Shown piece after piece: positions 9,314 through 16,937 of a DNA stretch of 24,154 bases. Origin of the DNA: an uncultured bacterium (GTDB taxonomy: Bacteria > Caldisericota > Caldisericia > B22-G15); assembly GCA_965612865.1 (NCBI GenBank), contig CBFDTJ010000016.1, positions 1 to 24,154 on the forward strand, read 5' to 3'. The position numbers and the translations under genes are program-made. The number at the start of each line of letters is the position of its first letter. The first letter of the stretch is position 1. Below the pieces are notes generated by a model. The model was given only the letters and a program-made list of their open reading frames with translations, did no database searches and was not told the DNA's origin.

Positions 9314-10003
9314 ATGAAGGACTTACTAAATCTTATCTACATCTTTATAAAACCAAGAATGGTTCTCAAAAAGTTAAAGAGAGGTCCAGACTTCCTTTAT
9401 CCTCTTGTCGTTATTTTTATAATTCAGGCAATTTCTGGATATAGTACCACAAGGGTAATTTCTCAAAAGATATCTCAAGCAGAGGGACCTCCTGTACTTT
9501 TCTCCATGAGCTTGTCAGCAATAGGTGCTCTTGTTAATATTCTGATTTTATGGTTTGTATCCATAGTTATTACATTTATAATTGGAAAAAGAGGAAAATA
9601 TAAAAATCTTTTTTCCATAGTTGTGTATGGATACCTCCCTAACAGTTTAATTCTCTTGATTAGAACTATACTTGGTTTACCAGGAAGAGGAATAGGCTTA
9701 GCAACAAATTTACCTCAAAATAGCTCCATCTATCTTTTTCAGCTCTTGAGAAGAGTGGACATTTTCTATATTTGGTCTATAGTACTTATTATTTATGGAA
9801 TAGTCATACTCTATGGACTTAAAAGAAGAGAAACTTTGATAGTTGTAGCTCTGTTTATTCTTTATTTTCTACTACTCCCTTTACTTTCTTTACTCATTCA
9901 ATCTAAAACAGGAAAGACTACTATTCCAGACAGAAGACCTGTGTTTTTCAGATTTTTAAGACCAAGGGGAAGCAATCCAAAAATTCCAAGACCAAAGCCA
10001 TAA
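9314..10003 (+). CDS. Yip1-family multi-pass membrane protein (YknW-like)
   Basis: N-terminal IFIKPR..LKKL motif, about 5 hydrophobic segments, YKNLFSIVVYGYLP, DIFYIWSIVLIIYG, basic Pro-rich tail. SD AGGGG. Confidence 0.7.
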   Translation: MKDLLNLIYIFIKPRMVLKKLKRGPDFLYPLVVIFIIQAISGYSTTRVISQKISQAEGPPVLFSMSLSAIGALVNILILWFVSIVITFIIGKRGKYKNLFSIVVYGYLPNSLILLIRTILGLPGRGIGLATNLPQNSSIYLFQLLRRVDIFYIWSIVLIIYGIVILYGLKRRETLIVVALFILYFLLLPLLSLLIQSKTGKTTIPDRRPVFFRFLRPRGSNPKIPRPKP

Positions 10004-10055
10004 AAATGTAACAATTATAGCTTCTAAGTATCTCTTTCTATAAAAGGAGGTGCAT

Positions 10056-10847
10056 ATGAAAGAATGGGCACTTGTTCTTGGTTCTTCCAGTGGTTTCGGT
10101 GCTGCTACAAGTATTGAGCTCGCAAAAAAGGGATTCAACATTTTTGGTGTACACTTTGATAGAAAAGTAAACATGCCGAAAGTAGAGGAAGTAATAAATA
10201 AAATAAAAGATCAGGGAGTGGAAGTAGAATTTTTTAATCTTAACGCAGCAGATCCAAACAACAGAAAATATGTATTGGATAAAATTGAAGAAAGATTCAA
10301 AAATGATAGTGAAGAAAACTCCATTTTTGTAGTGATGCATTCCCTTGCCTTTGGAACACTTAGAAAACTTATAGCGGAGGATAAAGAAGAAGCTTTAAAT
10401 CAAAAACAACTTGAAATGACACTTGACGTTATGGCAAACCAACTTGTTTATTGGGTTCAAGATGTGTTTTACAGAGGTCTCTTTAAAAATGGAGGAAGGA
10501 TCTTTGCCATGGTTAGTTCCGGAGACGAAAGAGTATTTCCATACTATGGAGCAGTTTCAGCAGCTAAGGCTGCCATAGAATCCTACATAAGACAGCTTGC
10601 TTATGAACTTGCACCTTTTGGTATAACTGCCAACGCAATAAAAGCTGGGGTTACAGATACACCAGCTTTAAGAAAAATTCCTGGTAATGAAGAACTTGTA
10701 AAACTTGCGAAACTTAAAAATCCAAGCAAAAGACTTACAACTACAGAGGATATTGGAAAAGCTATAGCTGCTTTAACAAATAAAAATTTATATTGGATGA
10801 CAGGAAATGTAATAAGAGTGGATGGAGGAGAAGATTTAGCAGCATAG
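10056..10847 (+). CDS. SDR-family oxidoreductase, FabL-like enoyl-ACP reductase
   Basis: LVLGSSSGFG Rossmann motif, Y-x6-K (YGAVSAAK), GVTDTPAL, WMTGNVIRVDGG. ATG 10056 follows SD AAGGAGGT. Confidence 0.8.
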   Translation: MKEWALVLGSSSGFGAATSIELAKKGFNIFGVHFDRKVNMPKVEEVINKIKDQGVEVEFFNLNAADPNNRKYVLDKIEERFKNDSEENSIFVVMHSLAFGTLRKLIAEDKEEALNQKQLEMTLDVMANQLVYWVQDVFYRGLFKNGGRIFAMVSSGDERVFPYYGAVSAAKAAIESYIRQLAYELAPFGITANAIKAGVTDTPALRKIPGNEELVKLAKLKNPSKRLTTTEDIGKAIAALTNKNLYWMTGNVIRVDGGEDLAA

Positions 10848-10904
10848 TTGAGGCTTAAGTCCACAATTTAAGTTTTTTAAAATTTAATATTTAAGAATTT
10901 CGCC

Positions 10905-10936
10905 ATCAGCCTGTTTGACAGGCTGATTTCTTTTTT
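10905..10936 (+). terminator. Intrinsic terminator after the SDR gene
   Basis: Stem ATCAGCCTGT-ttg-ACAGGCTGAT (10905-10927) followed by TTCTTTTTT. Confidence 0.75.
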
Positions 10937-10943
10937 ATATACT
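10915..10943 (+). promoter_or_regulatory. Sigma70-type promoter of ortAB-oraSE: TTGACA-N17-TATACT
   Basis: TTGACA 10915-10920, 17-nt spacer, TATACT 10938-10943. SD AAGGAGG precedes ATG 10977. Confidence 0.75.
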
Positions 10944-10976
10944 GGTAGAGGTGAAAAAGAAGATAAAGGAGGGGAT

Positions 10977-11279
10977 ATGGTAAGAAAAGGAGATTATGTG
11001 GAAATAAAACTGGTTTTACTTGAACCAGAGGAAAGAGCAGAACATTTACCTGACGATACTAAAAACCTACCCTTTGAAGCAAAAGTTAGAGGATATTTAT
11101 TACATGATGCAAACATTGGTGACACTGTTGAGATTGAAACACCTATCGGAAGAAAAGTAAAAGGAATTCTTCTTTCGGTTTCACCCCCTTACAGGCACAA
11201 CTTTGGTAAACCAATAAGAGAACTGATTGATATTGGAAAGAAAATCAGAGAAAGATATCTGGAGGACAAGGATGGGTAA
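10977..11279 (+). CDS. ortA: 2-amino-4-oxopentanoate thiolase alpha subunit
   Basis: KGDYVEI..V.L.P.ERA..LP.DT...P.E.KVRG.L..DA.IGD.VEIET..GR...G.L....P.Y.H.FG..I.EL. 100 aa; directly upstream of ortB. Confidence 0.92.
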   Translation: MVRKGDYVEIKLVLLEPEERAEHLPDDTKNLPFEAKVRGYLLHDANIGDTVEIETPIGRKVKGILLSVSPPYRHNFGKPIRELIDIGKKIRERYLEDKDG

Positions 11280-12684
11280 AGTTGAAGAGTTTATGAGGAA
11301 AAGTCCAGAAATTATGAAAAAATGCCTTGGAGGGCTTGATTACGAGAAATTCAGGTTTGGTAAAATTGGGTTTCACTATGAAGAGTTAATGAGTTCCATT
11401 GGATACTCCATAGAAGATGTAGGAAAGATACTCAAGGAAACAAAAGTAGGTAATACACCTATGTATGAATTGAAAAATTTAAATAGAGTAATTAAAAAAA
11501 TATCAAGAAAGGGTTATGGAGCAAAAATTCTTTTGAAAGATGAAGCAGCAAACGCCTCCGGGTCCTTCAAGTCAAGAAGAGCTGCTTTATCGGTGTATGA
11601 GGCAAAGAAAAAGGGTTATGAGGGTGTCATTGCAGAAACAAGTGGAAACTATGGAGCTGCAGTTGCCTCTCAGGCAGCCCAGAGGAATTTAAAATGCATA
11701 ATTGTCCAGGAAGTTTTTGACTCAAAAGGAATTGGTCAACCTGAAATACTGGAAAAGGGAAGAAAATGTGAAGCTTATGGAGCAGAAGTATGGCAACTCA
11801 CTGTTGGGCCAGAACTATTCTATTGGGCTCTTGTCCTCCTTGACGAAACTGGTTATTTTAACGCATCACTCTATACTCCCTATGGAATAAAAGGAATTGA
11901 AACATTGGGTTATGAAATAGGTATTGAAGTAAAGGAAAAATATGGAAGATGTCCAGATTATGTTCTTGTAACTCATGCAGGGGGTGGAAATGTAACAGGG
12001 ACTGCAAGAGGTTTAATAGAGGCTGGATGTGAAGATACAAAGGTTATCGGGGTTTCAGTGGATTTAAGAGGACTTCATATGGCAAGCGATCACGACTTTA
12101 ATAGAAAATCTTTTACAACTGGCCACACAGGTTTTGGTGTACCTTTTGCAATAAACCCAGACAGAGTGGATGTACCAATAAATGCAGCAAGACCGCTAAG
12201 ATATATGGACGGATACCTTCTTGTTTCTCAAGGAGAAGTCTTTTACACAACAATTCTTTTAGCACAAATTGAAGGGATAGAGAGAGGACCTGCTGGAAAC
12301 ACTTCTCTGTCAGCAGCAATACCCTTTGCGAGAGAGCTACCTGAGGACAAAATAATAGTGGTTCAGGAAACAGAATATACAGGCGCTGGAAAACATCCCT
12401 TTGCTCAACTAACCTTTGCTGAAAAGATGGGGATTGAGGTAAGTATTGGAAATCCAAGAGATAACATTCCTGGAAAGAAAATTGTTATTCCAGAGGATGT
12501 GAAAGAACTTGGTTTTGAGGAATACCCAATGGAAGATATTAAAAGGTCCTATCTTAAACATAGATTGAAAGGAATAGATGAAATCTCATCCAAAGAGCTA
12601 AAGTTTTTGAAAGAAGAGGTGAAAGATAAGGAAGATTTTGTTGAAAAATTCCTCTTTGAGAAAGGAGTAAAGATAAATGCATAG
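11272..12684 (+). CDS. ortB: 2-amino-4-oxopentanoate thiolase beta subunit (PLP, fold type II)
   Basis: KDEAANASGSFKSRRA (PLP Lys), TSGNYGAAVASQAA, HAGGGNVTG, SDHDFNRKSFTTGHTGFG, ERGPAGNTSL, VQETEYTGAGKH. ATG 11272 follows GGAGG and is preferred over the 11227 start. Confidence 0.93.
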   Translation: MGKVEEFMRKSPEIMKKCLGGLDYEKFRFGKIGFHYEELMSSIGYSIEDVGKILKETKVGNTPMYELKNLNRVIKKISRKGYGAKILLKDEAANASGSFKSRRAALSVYEAKKKGYEGVIAETSGNYGAAVASQAAQRNLKCIIVQEVFDSKGIGQPEILEKGRKCEAYGAEVWQLTVGPELFYWALVLLDETGYFNASLYTPYGIKGIETLGYEIGIEVKEKYGRCPDYVLVTHAGGGNVTGTARGLIEAGCEDTKVIGVSVDLRGLHMASDHDFNRKSFTTGHTGFGVPFAINPDRVDVPINAARPLRYMDGYLLVSQGEVFYTTILLAQIEGIERGPAGNTSLSAAIPFARELPEDKIIVVQETEYTGAGKHPFAQLTFAEKMGIEVSIGNPRDNIPGKKIVIPEDVKELGFEEYPMEDIKRSYLKHRLKGIDEISSKELKFLKEEVKDKEDFVEKFLFEKGVKINA

Positions 12685-13063
12685 AAAAGATGATTACGAG
12701 AAAAGAAGAGAACATCTAAAGAACATGGATGAAGAGGAATTAATAAAGTATTTCTGGAAACTTACAGAAAAAATTGTTGATCCACTTGTTGAACTTGCAA
12801 GAACCCACACCTCTCCCTCCATTGAGAGAAGTGTCCTACTTCGTATGGGATTTTCGAGCATTGAAGCAAAGAAAATAGTTGAAAGAATGGTAAAGGAGAA
12901 TCTTCTTGGACATGGTGCTGGAAGAATTGTTCTTCTCTATTCTGAATTAAGTAAAAGGGATTATCTAAGGGCAGGAAAAGAATTATCAGAGGGGATTGGC
13001 TGGGATAAGATAACTAAATACTATCGGAGGAGATATGAAACTAAAGCCAGACAAAAAAATTGA
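12677..13063 (+). CDS. oraS: D-ornithine 4,5-aminomutase alpha (small) subunit
   Basis: R.DDYEKRREHL..M.EEEL..YFW.L...IVDPL..LARTHTSPSIERSVLLRMGFSSIEAK..V......LLGHGAG. SD AAGGAG. Confidence 0.93.
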   Translation: MHRKDDYEKRREHLKNMDEEELIKYFWKLTEKIVDPLVELARTHTSPSIERSVLLRMGFSSIEAKKIVERMVKENLLGHGAGRIVLLYSELSKRDYLRAGKELSEGIGWDKITKYYRRRYETKARQKN

Positions 13064-15233
13064 TATAAGAGAGATATTAAAGAATCTTGAAAATTACACA
13101 CCGAGAAGGTATGGGTGGATATGGAGAGAGAAAATTCCAGAGCAAAAGATAGGGATACACACATACTTTGAAACAAGTAAACCACTAAAGAAAAGTATAC
13201 CTCTTCCGGCTTCCCGCCAGATGAATTATATAGATCCCCAACCTGACTGCATTGTAACAGTGGAAATTGCCTCTGGAAGGTTTGAGGATGATATAAGAAG
13301 AATGAGAATGGCTGCATGGCATGGTGCAGATCATATGATGGTAATAAGAACTCTTGGTCAAAGTCATTTTGATGGACTTATTGAAGGTACTCCTGAGGGT
13401 GTGGGAGGGATACCCATTACAAGAAAACAAATAAGAGCAACAAGGAAGGCACTTGATTTGATAGAAGATGAAGTCGGAAGGCCCATAAATTTTCACTCCT
13501 ATGTTTCTGGCATTGCAGGTCCGGAAATTGCAGTTCTGTTTGCAGAGGAAGGGGTTAATGGTGCCCATCAGGACCCCCAATACAACATCCTCTACAGGAA
13601 TATAAATCCAGTTAGATCCTTTGTTGATGCTGCAGTAGCAAAAAGAATAATGGCAAGTGTAGATATGCTACAGATTGATGGTGCTCACAACGCAAATGCA
13701 ACTGCAAAGTATGGTTTTAAAGTCATGCCAGAACTCTTTGTGCAACATGCAATAAATTCTTTGTTTTCATTAAAAATTGGGATGAGGAAAGATTTAATAG
13801 CTCTCTCCACAGTACCCCCAGATGCTTCTCCATGGCCTTCCTTGAGGCTGGATATACCCTACGCTGTAGCTTTGAGAAGGGTATTTAAAGGTTTCAGATT
13901 TAGAGCTCAAATGAACACAAAATACATTGAATCTGATACAAGGGAAGCAACTGTAAATCACACATTAAATGCACTTATATCAAGGTTGACCTCTGTAGAC
14001 ATACAATCTACCATAACCCCAGACGAGGGAAGAAACGTTCCGTGGCATTACAACTCAATTAATGCAATAAATACTGCAAAGCAAACTCTCATTGCTTCAG
14101 ATGGAATAAAGAAAGTTTTAAAGATAAGAGAGAATGGATACATGAAGAAAAAGGTTAGGGAGCTCATTGAAAGAGCTGTGCTTTTCCTTGAGGAAATTAT
14201 CGAGATTGGTGGATACTTCAAAGCATTGGAAGAAGGATTTTTTGTCGATTCAGGTATGTATCCAGAGAGAGTGGGGGATGGAATAAAAAGGCCAATAGAT
14301 GAGGGAGATGAGGCAGGAACTGTTGTTAAAAGGGAGGAAGATTATCTTGCTCCAGTCTGTCATCACTTCGGCTACAACAATTTACCAGAAGGAATTGAGA
14401 AACCATGTGATTTGATAGATGGTTGTACCCTCTGTAAAAGGGAGAAAATAGTTTACATTGATGAACTTGATCCAACAGATAATGTAAACATAAGGCTTAA
14501 AGAACAGGAGAAATACGAAAAAGAAGGACTTTTTAGACCAGAGGTCCAGTGGAAGAATGATGGAATCATTCTTTTATCAATGTTTATCCCCATTGACTCT
14601 GAAAAAGCACCTTATGCAGCAGAGGAGATTGCAAAAAGGCTTGGATTGAAAAATGTTGAAGTTGTCCATGAACAGGTCCTTCATCCAGCAGAGGGAAGCT
14701 ACATAGAGATTAAAGGAGAGGTTCCATTTTTTATAAAGGAAAGTGAAATAAAGGTAAAAGAAAGAATAAAACCCCTTTCAGATGAAGTTATAAGAGAAAA
14801 GGTTAAAGAATTTGGTGGAATAAAATGTGTTGCTGCAACTCTTGGTGAGGATGAACATAACGTAGGGCTTAAAGAAATAATAGACATAAAACATGAAGGA
14901 ATTGAGAAATGGGGATTTAAAGTGATATATCTTGGAACAAGTGTCCCTCCTAAAAAGGTTATTGATGCCGCAATTGAAGTTGGAGCAAAAGTAGTTCTTG
15001 CCTCAACCACAGTAACTCACGGTAATGTACACAGAATTAATCTTAAAAAATTGAACCAGATAGCAATAGAGAAAGGTGTGAGGGACAAACTGTTGATAAT
15101 TGGAGGAGGAACTCAACTATCAGATGAAATAAAGGATGAATGCGGAATTGACGCTGCTTTTGGAAGAGGAACAAAGGGGGTGGAGGTTGCTTCTTTTATA
15201 ATAAGGAAATTTTTGGAAAGGGATAAATATTGA
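13035..15233 (+). CDS. oraE: D-ornithine 4,5-aminomutase beta subunit (adenosylcobalamin- and PLP-dependent)
   Basis: EIASGRFEDDIRRMRMAAWHGADH.MVIRT.GQSH.DGLIEGTPEG, HQDPQYN, IQSTITPDEGRNVPWH, base-off motif GEDEHNVG followed by the PLP-Lys motif IIDIKHEGIEK. SD GGAGG. Confidence 0.96.
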   Translation: MKLKPDKKIDIREILKNLENYTPRRYGWIWREKIPEQKIGIHTYFETSKPLKKSIPLPASRQMNYIDPQPDCIVTVEIASGRFEDDIRRMRMAAWHGADHMMVIRTLGQSHFDGLIEGTPEGVGGIPITRKQIRATRKALDLIEDEVGRPINFHSYVSGIAGPEIAVLFAEEGVNGAHQDPQYNILYRNINPVRSFVDAAVAKRIMASVDMLQIDGAHNANATAKYGFKVMPELFVQHAINSLFSLKIGMRKDLIALSTVPPDASPWPSLRLDIPYAVALRRVFKGFRFRAQMNTKYIESDTREATVNHTLNALISRLTSVDIQSTITPDEGRNVPWHYNSINAINTAKQTLIASDGIKKVLKIRENGYMKKKVRELIERAVLFLEEIIEIGGYFKALEEGFFVDSGMYPERVGDGIKRPIDEGDEAGTVVKREEDYLAPVCHHFGYNNLPEGIEKPCDLIDGCTLCKREKIVYIDELDPTDNVNIRLKEQEKYEKEGLFRPEVQWKNDGIILLSMFIPIDSEKAPYAAEEIAKRLGLKNVEVVHEQVLHPAEGSYIEIKGEVPFFIKESEIKVKERIKPLSDEVIREKVKEFGGIKCVAATLGEDEHNVGLKEIIDIKHEGIEKWGFKVIYLGTSVPPKKVIDAAIEVGAKVVLASTTVTHGNVHRINLKKLNQIAIEKGVRDKLLIIGGGTQLSDEIKDECGIDAAFGRGTKGVEVASFIIRKFLERDKY

Positions 15234-15257
15234 CAATTTTTTTCAATTTATTATACT
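15230..15257 (+). promoter_or_regulatory. Sigma70-type promoter TTGACA-N16-TATACT overlapping the oraE stop codon
   Basis: TTGACA 15230-15235 contains TGA 15231-15233; TATACT 15252-15257; SD AAGGAGGTGA precedes ATG 15283. Confidence 0.65.
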
Positions 15258-15282
15258 AATAGTAGAAAGGAGGTGAGACAGA

Positions 15283-15597
15283 ATGTGGGGATTTGGTAGA
15301 GGATTTGGTAGAGGCTGGGGATTCGGAAGAGGATTCGGCGGATTTGGAAGAGGATTCGGATGGGGAGCAACCCTTGGCTATTGCCCCTGGACAGGTCTTC
15401 CCAGAGGTTGGAGATGGAGTTATCCTTACCGTGTCTATGGATATGGATATTACCCATCAAATTATTACGGATATTCATATTCACCCTATTATGAATCTTA
15501 TACACCTGACATAGATAATATAAGAAACGAAATACAGAATTTAAAAGGAGAACTTGATACAATTAAAAAACTAATAGAAGAATTAAAAAGGAGATAA
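15283..15597 (+). CDS. DUF5320-like Gly/Arg/aromatic-rich small protein with C-terminal coiled coil
   Basis: (GFGR)n N-terminus, GYCPWTGLPRGWRW, Tyr-rich segment, heptad C-terminus EIQNLKGELDTIKKLIEELK. Strong SD; typical neighbour of NifX-like and COG1149 genes. Confidence 0.8.
   Translation: MWGFGRGFGRGWGFGRGFGGFGRGFGWGATLGYCPWTGLPRGWRWSYPYRVYGYGYYPSNYYGYSYSPYYESYTPDIDNIRNEIQNLKGELDTIKKLIEELKRR
15289..15360 (+). repeat. Coding 12-bp degenerate tandem repeat GGATTYGGWAGA (Gly-Phe-Gly-Arg)
   Basis: GGATTTGGTAGA x2 (15289-15312), GGATTCGGAAGA (15319-15330), GGATTTGGAAGA (15340-15351), plus partial units. Confidence 0.85.
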
Positions 15598-15600
15598 ACC

Positions 15601-16077
15601 ATGAGAATAGCAGTAACATCAACAGGAGAAACTCTCGAGTCTCAAATTGATCCAAGGTTTGGAAGATGTGCTTACTATATGATTGTTGAAACTGACACCA
15701 TGGACTTTGAGGTGATTCCAAATCAATTTGCTATGGCAGCGCAGGGTGCAGGCATTCAAGCAGCTCAGTTCATTATCAGCAAAGGTGTAAGGAAAATTGT
15801 AAGTGGAGATTTTGGCCCCAACAGTGCAGGAATTTTAGCAAGTGCAGGAATTGAAATGATAAGGGTTCCTCCTGGAACAACAGTAAAAGACGCTGTAGAA
15901 ATGGCAAAAAGTGGTACACAACCATCCTCTGAACAACCAAGAAGAATTGAACCTATGGGAAATCCACCAGTCCCGCCAATGTATGAAATTCACTCTCTTA
16001 AAGACGAATTGGACAATTTAAAAAAAGAGATTGAAGAAATAAAGGATCTCTTGAGAGAGATTAAAGAGAATAGATGA
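15601..16077 (+). CDS. NifB/NifX-family (COG1433) metal-cluster-binding protein with Pro-rich linker and C-terminal coiled coil
   Basis: MRIAVTSTG..LESQIDPRFGRCAYYMIV, GAGIQAAQFI...GV..IVSG.FGPN, TVKDAVE. Confidence 0.9.
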   Translation: MRIAVTSTGETLESQIDPRFGRCAYYMIVETDTMDFEVIPNQFAMAAQGAGIQAAQFIISKGVRKIVSGDFGPNSAGILASAGIEMIRVPPGTTVKDAVEMAKSGTQPSSEQPRRIEPMGNPPVPPMYEIHSLKDELDNLKKEIEEIKDLLREIKENR

Positions 16078-16937
16078 AAATTACAGTTACATCGGGCAAG
16101 GGAGGAACAGGAAAAACTTTAATTTCCACTTCCCTTGCCCTTTCTTTATCCAAAAGGTATCCCACAACTTACATAGATCTCGATGTAGAGGAACCAAATG
16201 GTTACATATTTGTTAAACCTGATATACAAAAAAGAGAATCCATAACTCTTCCATTTCCAAAGGTAGATTATGATAAATGTAACTTCTGTAGCGTATGTCA
16301 GGAGGTTTGTGCTTACAATGCAATAGTGGTACTATCATTTAACAATGAGGTTAAAATTTTCCCTGAGCTCTGTAAGAGTTGTGGTAACTGTGTATTAAAT
16401 TGTCCAGAAAAAGCGATGTTTGAAGTTCCAAGAGAAATAGGAACTCTGACATATGGAAAAAGAGAAAATTTAAAATTCTTTGAAGGAAAATTAAACATAT
16501 CAGAAGTTACAACAACAAGTGCTATAAGAATTGTGAAGAAAAAATCCCTGGAAGACATAAGAGATGGAGAAATATTAATATATGATTCACCTCCGGGAGC
16601 TTCCTGCCCAATGGTTGAAGCATCAAAAGGTGGAGATTACATAATACTCATTACCGAACCCACACCTTTTGGTCTTTTTGACTTGAAAATTGCAGTAGGA
16701 GTGGTTAAAGACTTAAACAAGAAATTTGGAGTAATTGTCAACAAAGAGATGGAAGGCTTTGATGAACTTTATGAGTATCTTAAAAAAGAAAACATTAAAG
16801 TTTTATTAAAAATTCCTTTTGAAAGAAGGATAGCTGAAAGTTATTCAAGAGGAAAAACTTTATCTGAGATTGACAAAGAGTGGGAAGGCACATTTCTAAA
16901 CCTATACAACCAAATTCTGGAGGAAATAAATGATTGA
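16074..16937 (+). CDS. MinD-superfamily P-loop ATPase with inserted 2[4Fe-4S] ferredoxin domain (COG1149), copy 1
   Basis: SGKGGTGKT, DLDVEEPN, CNFCSVCQEVC / CKSCGNCVLNCP, DSPPGASCP, TEPTPFGLFDL. Confidence 0.92.
   Translation: MKITVTSGKGGTGKTLISTSLALSLSKRYPTTYIDLDVEEPNGYIFVKPDIQKRESITLPFPKVDYDKCNFCSVCQEVCAYNAIVVLSFNNEVKIFPELCKSCGNCVLNCPEKAMFEVPREIGTLTYGKRENLKFFEGKLNISEVTTTSAIRIVKKKSLEDIRDGEILIYDSPPGASCPMVEASKGGDYIILITEPTPFGLFDLKIAVGVVKDLNKKFGVIVNKEMEGFDELYEYLKKENIKVLLKIPFERRIAESYSRGKTLSEIDKEWEGTFLNLYNQILEEIND

Noticed and set aside
10056..10847. SDR as the missing 2,4-diaminopentanoate dehydrogenase (Ord)
   Set aside because: It has FabL-type Y-x6-K enoyl-reductase motifs, is not an Ord-family sequence, and is separated from ortA by a terminator and promoter.
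10848..10900. Weak palindrome TTGAGGCTTAAGTCCACAA and AT-rich stretch as an ncRNA or riboswitch
   Set aside because: Pairing is imperfect, the region is too short, and no cobalamin-riboswitch or T-box motifs are recognisable.
15289..15360. Short repeats as a CRISPR array or VNTR-type non-coding element
   Set aside because: In-frame 12-bp units with synonymous variation, no unique spacers and no cas genes.
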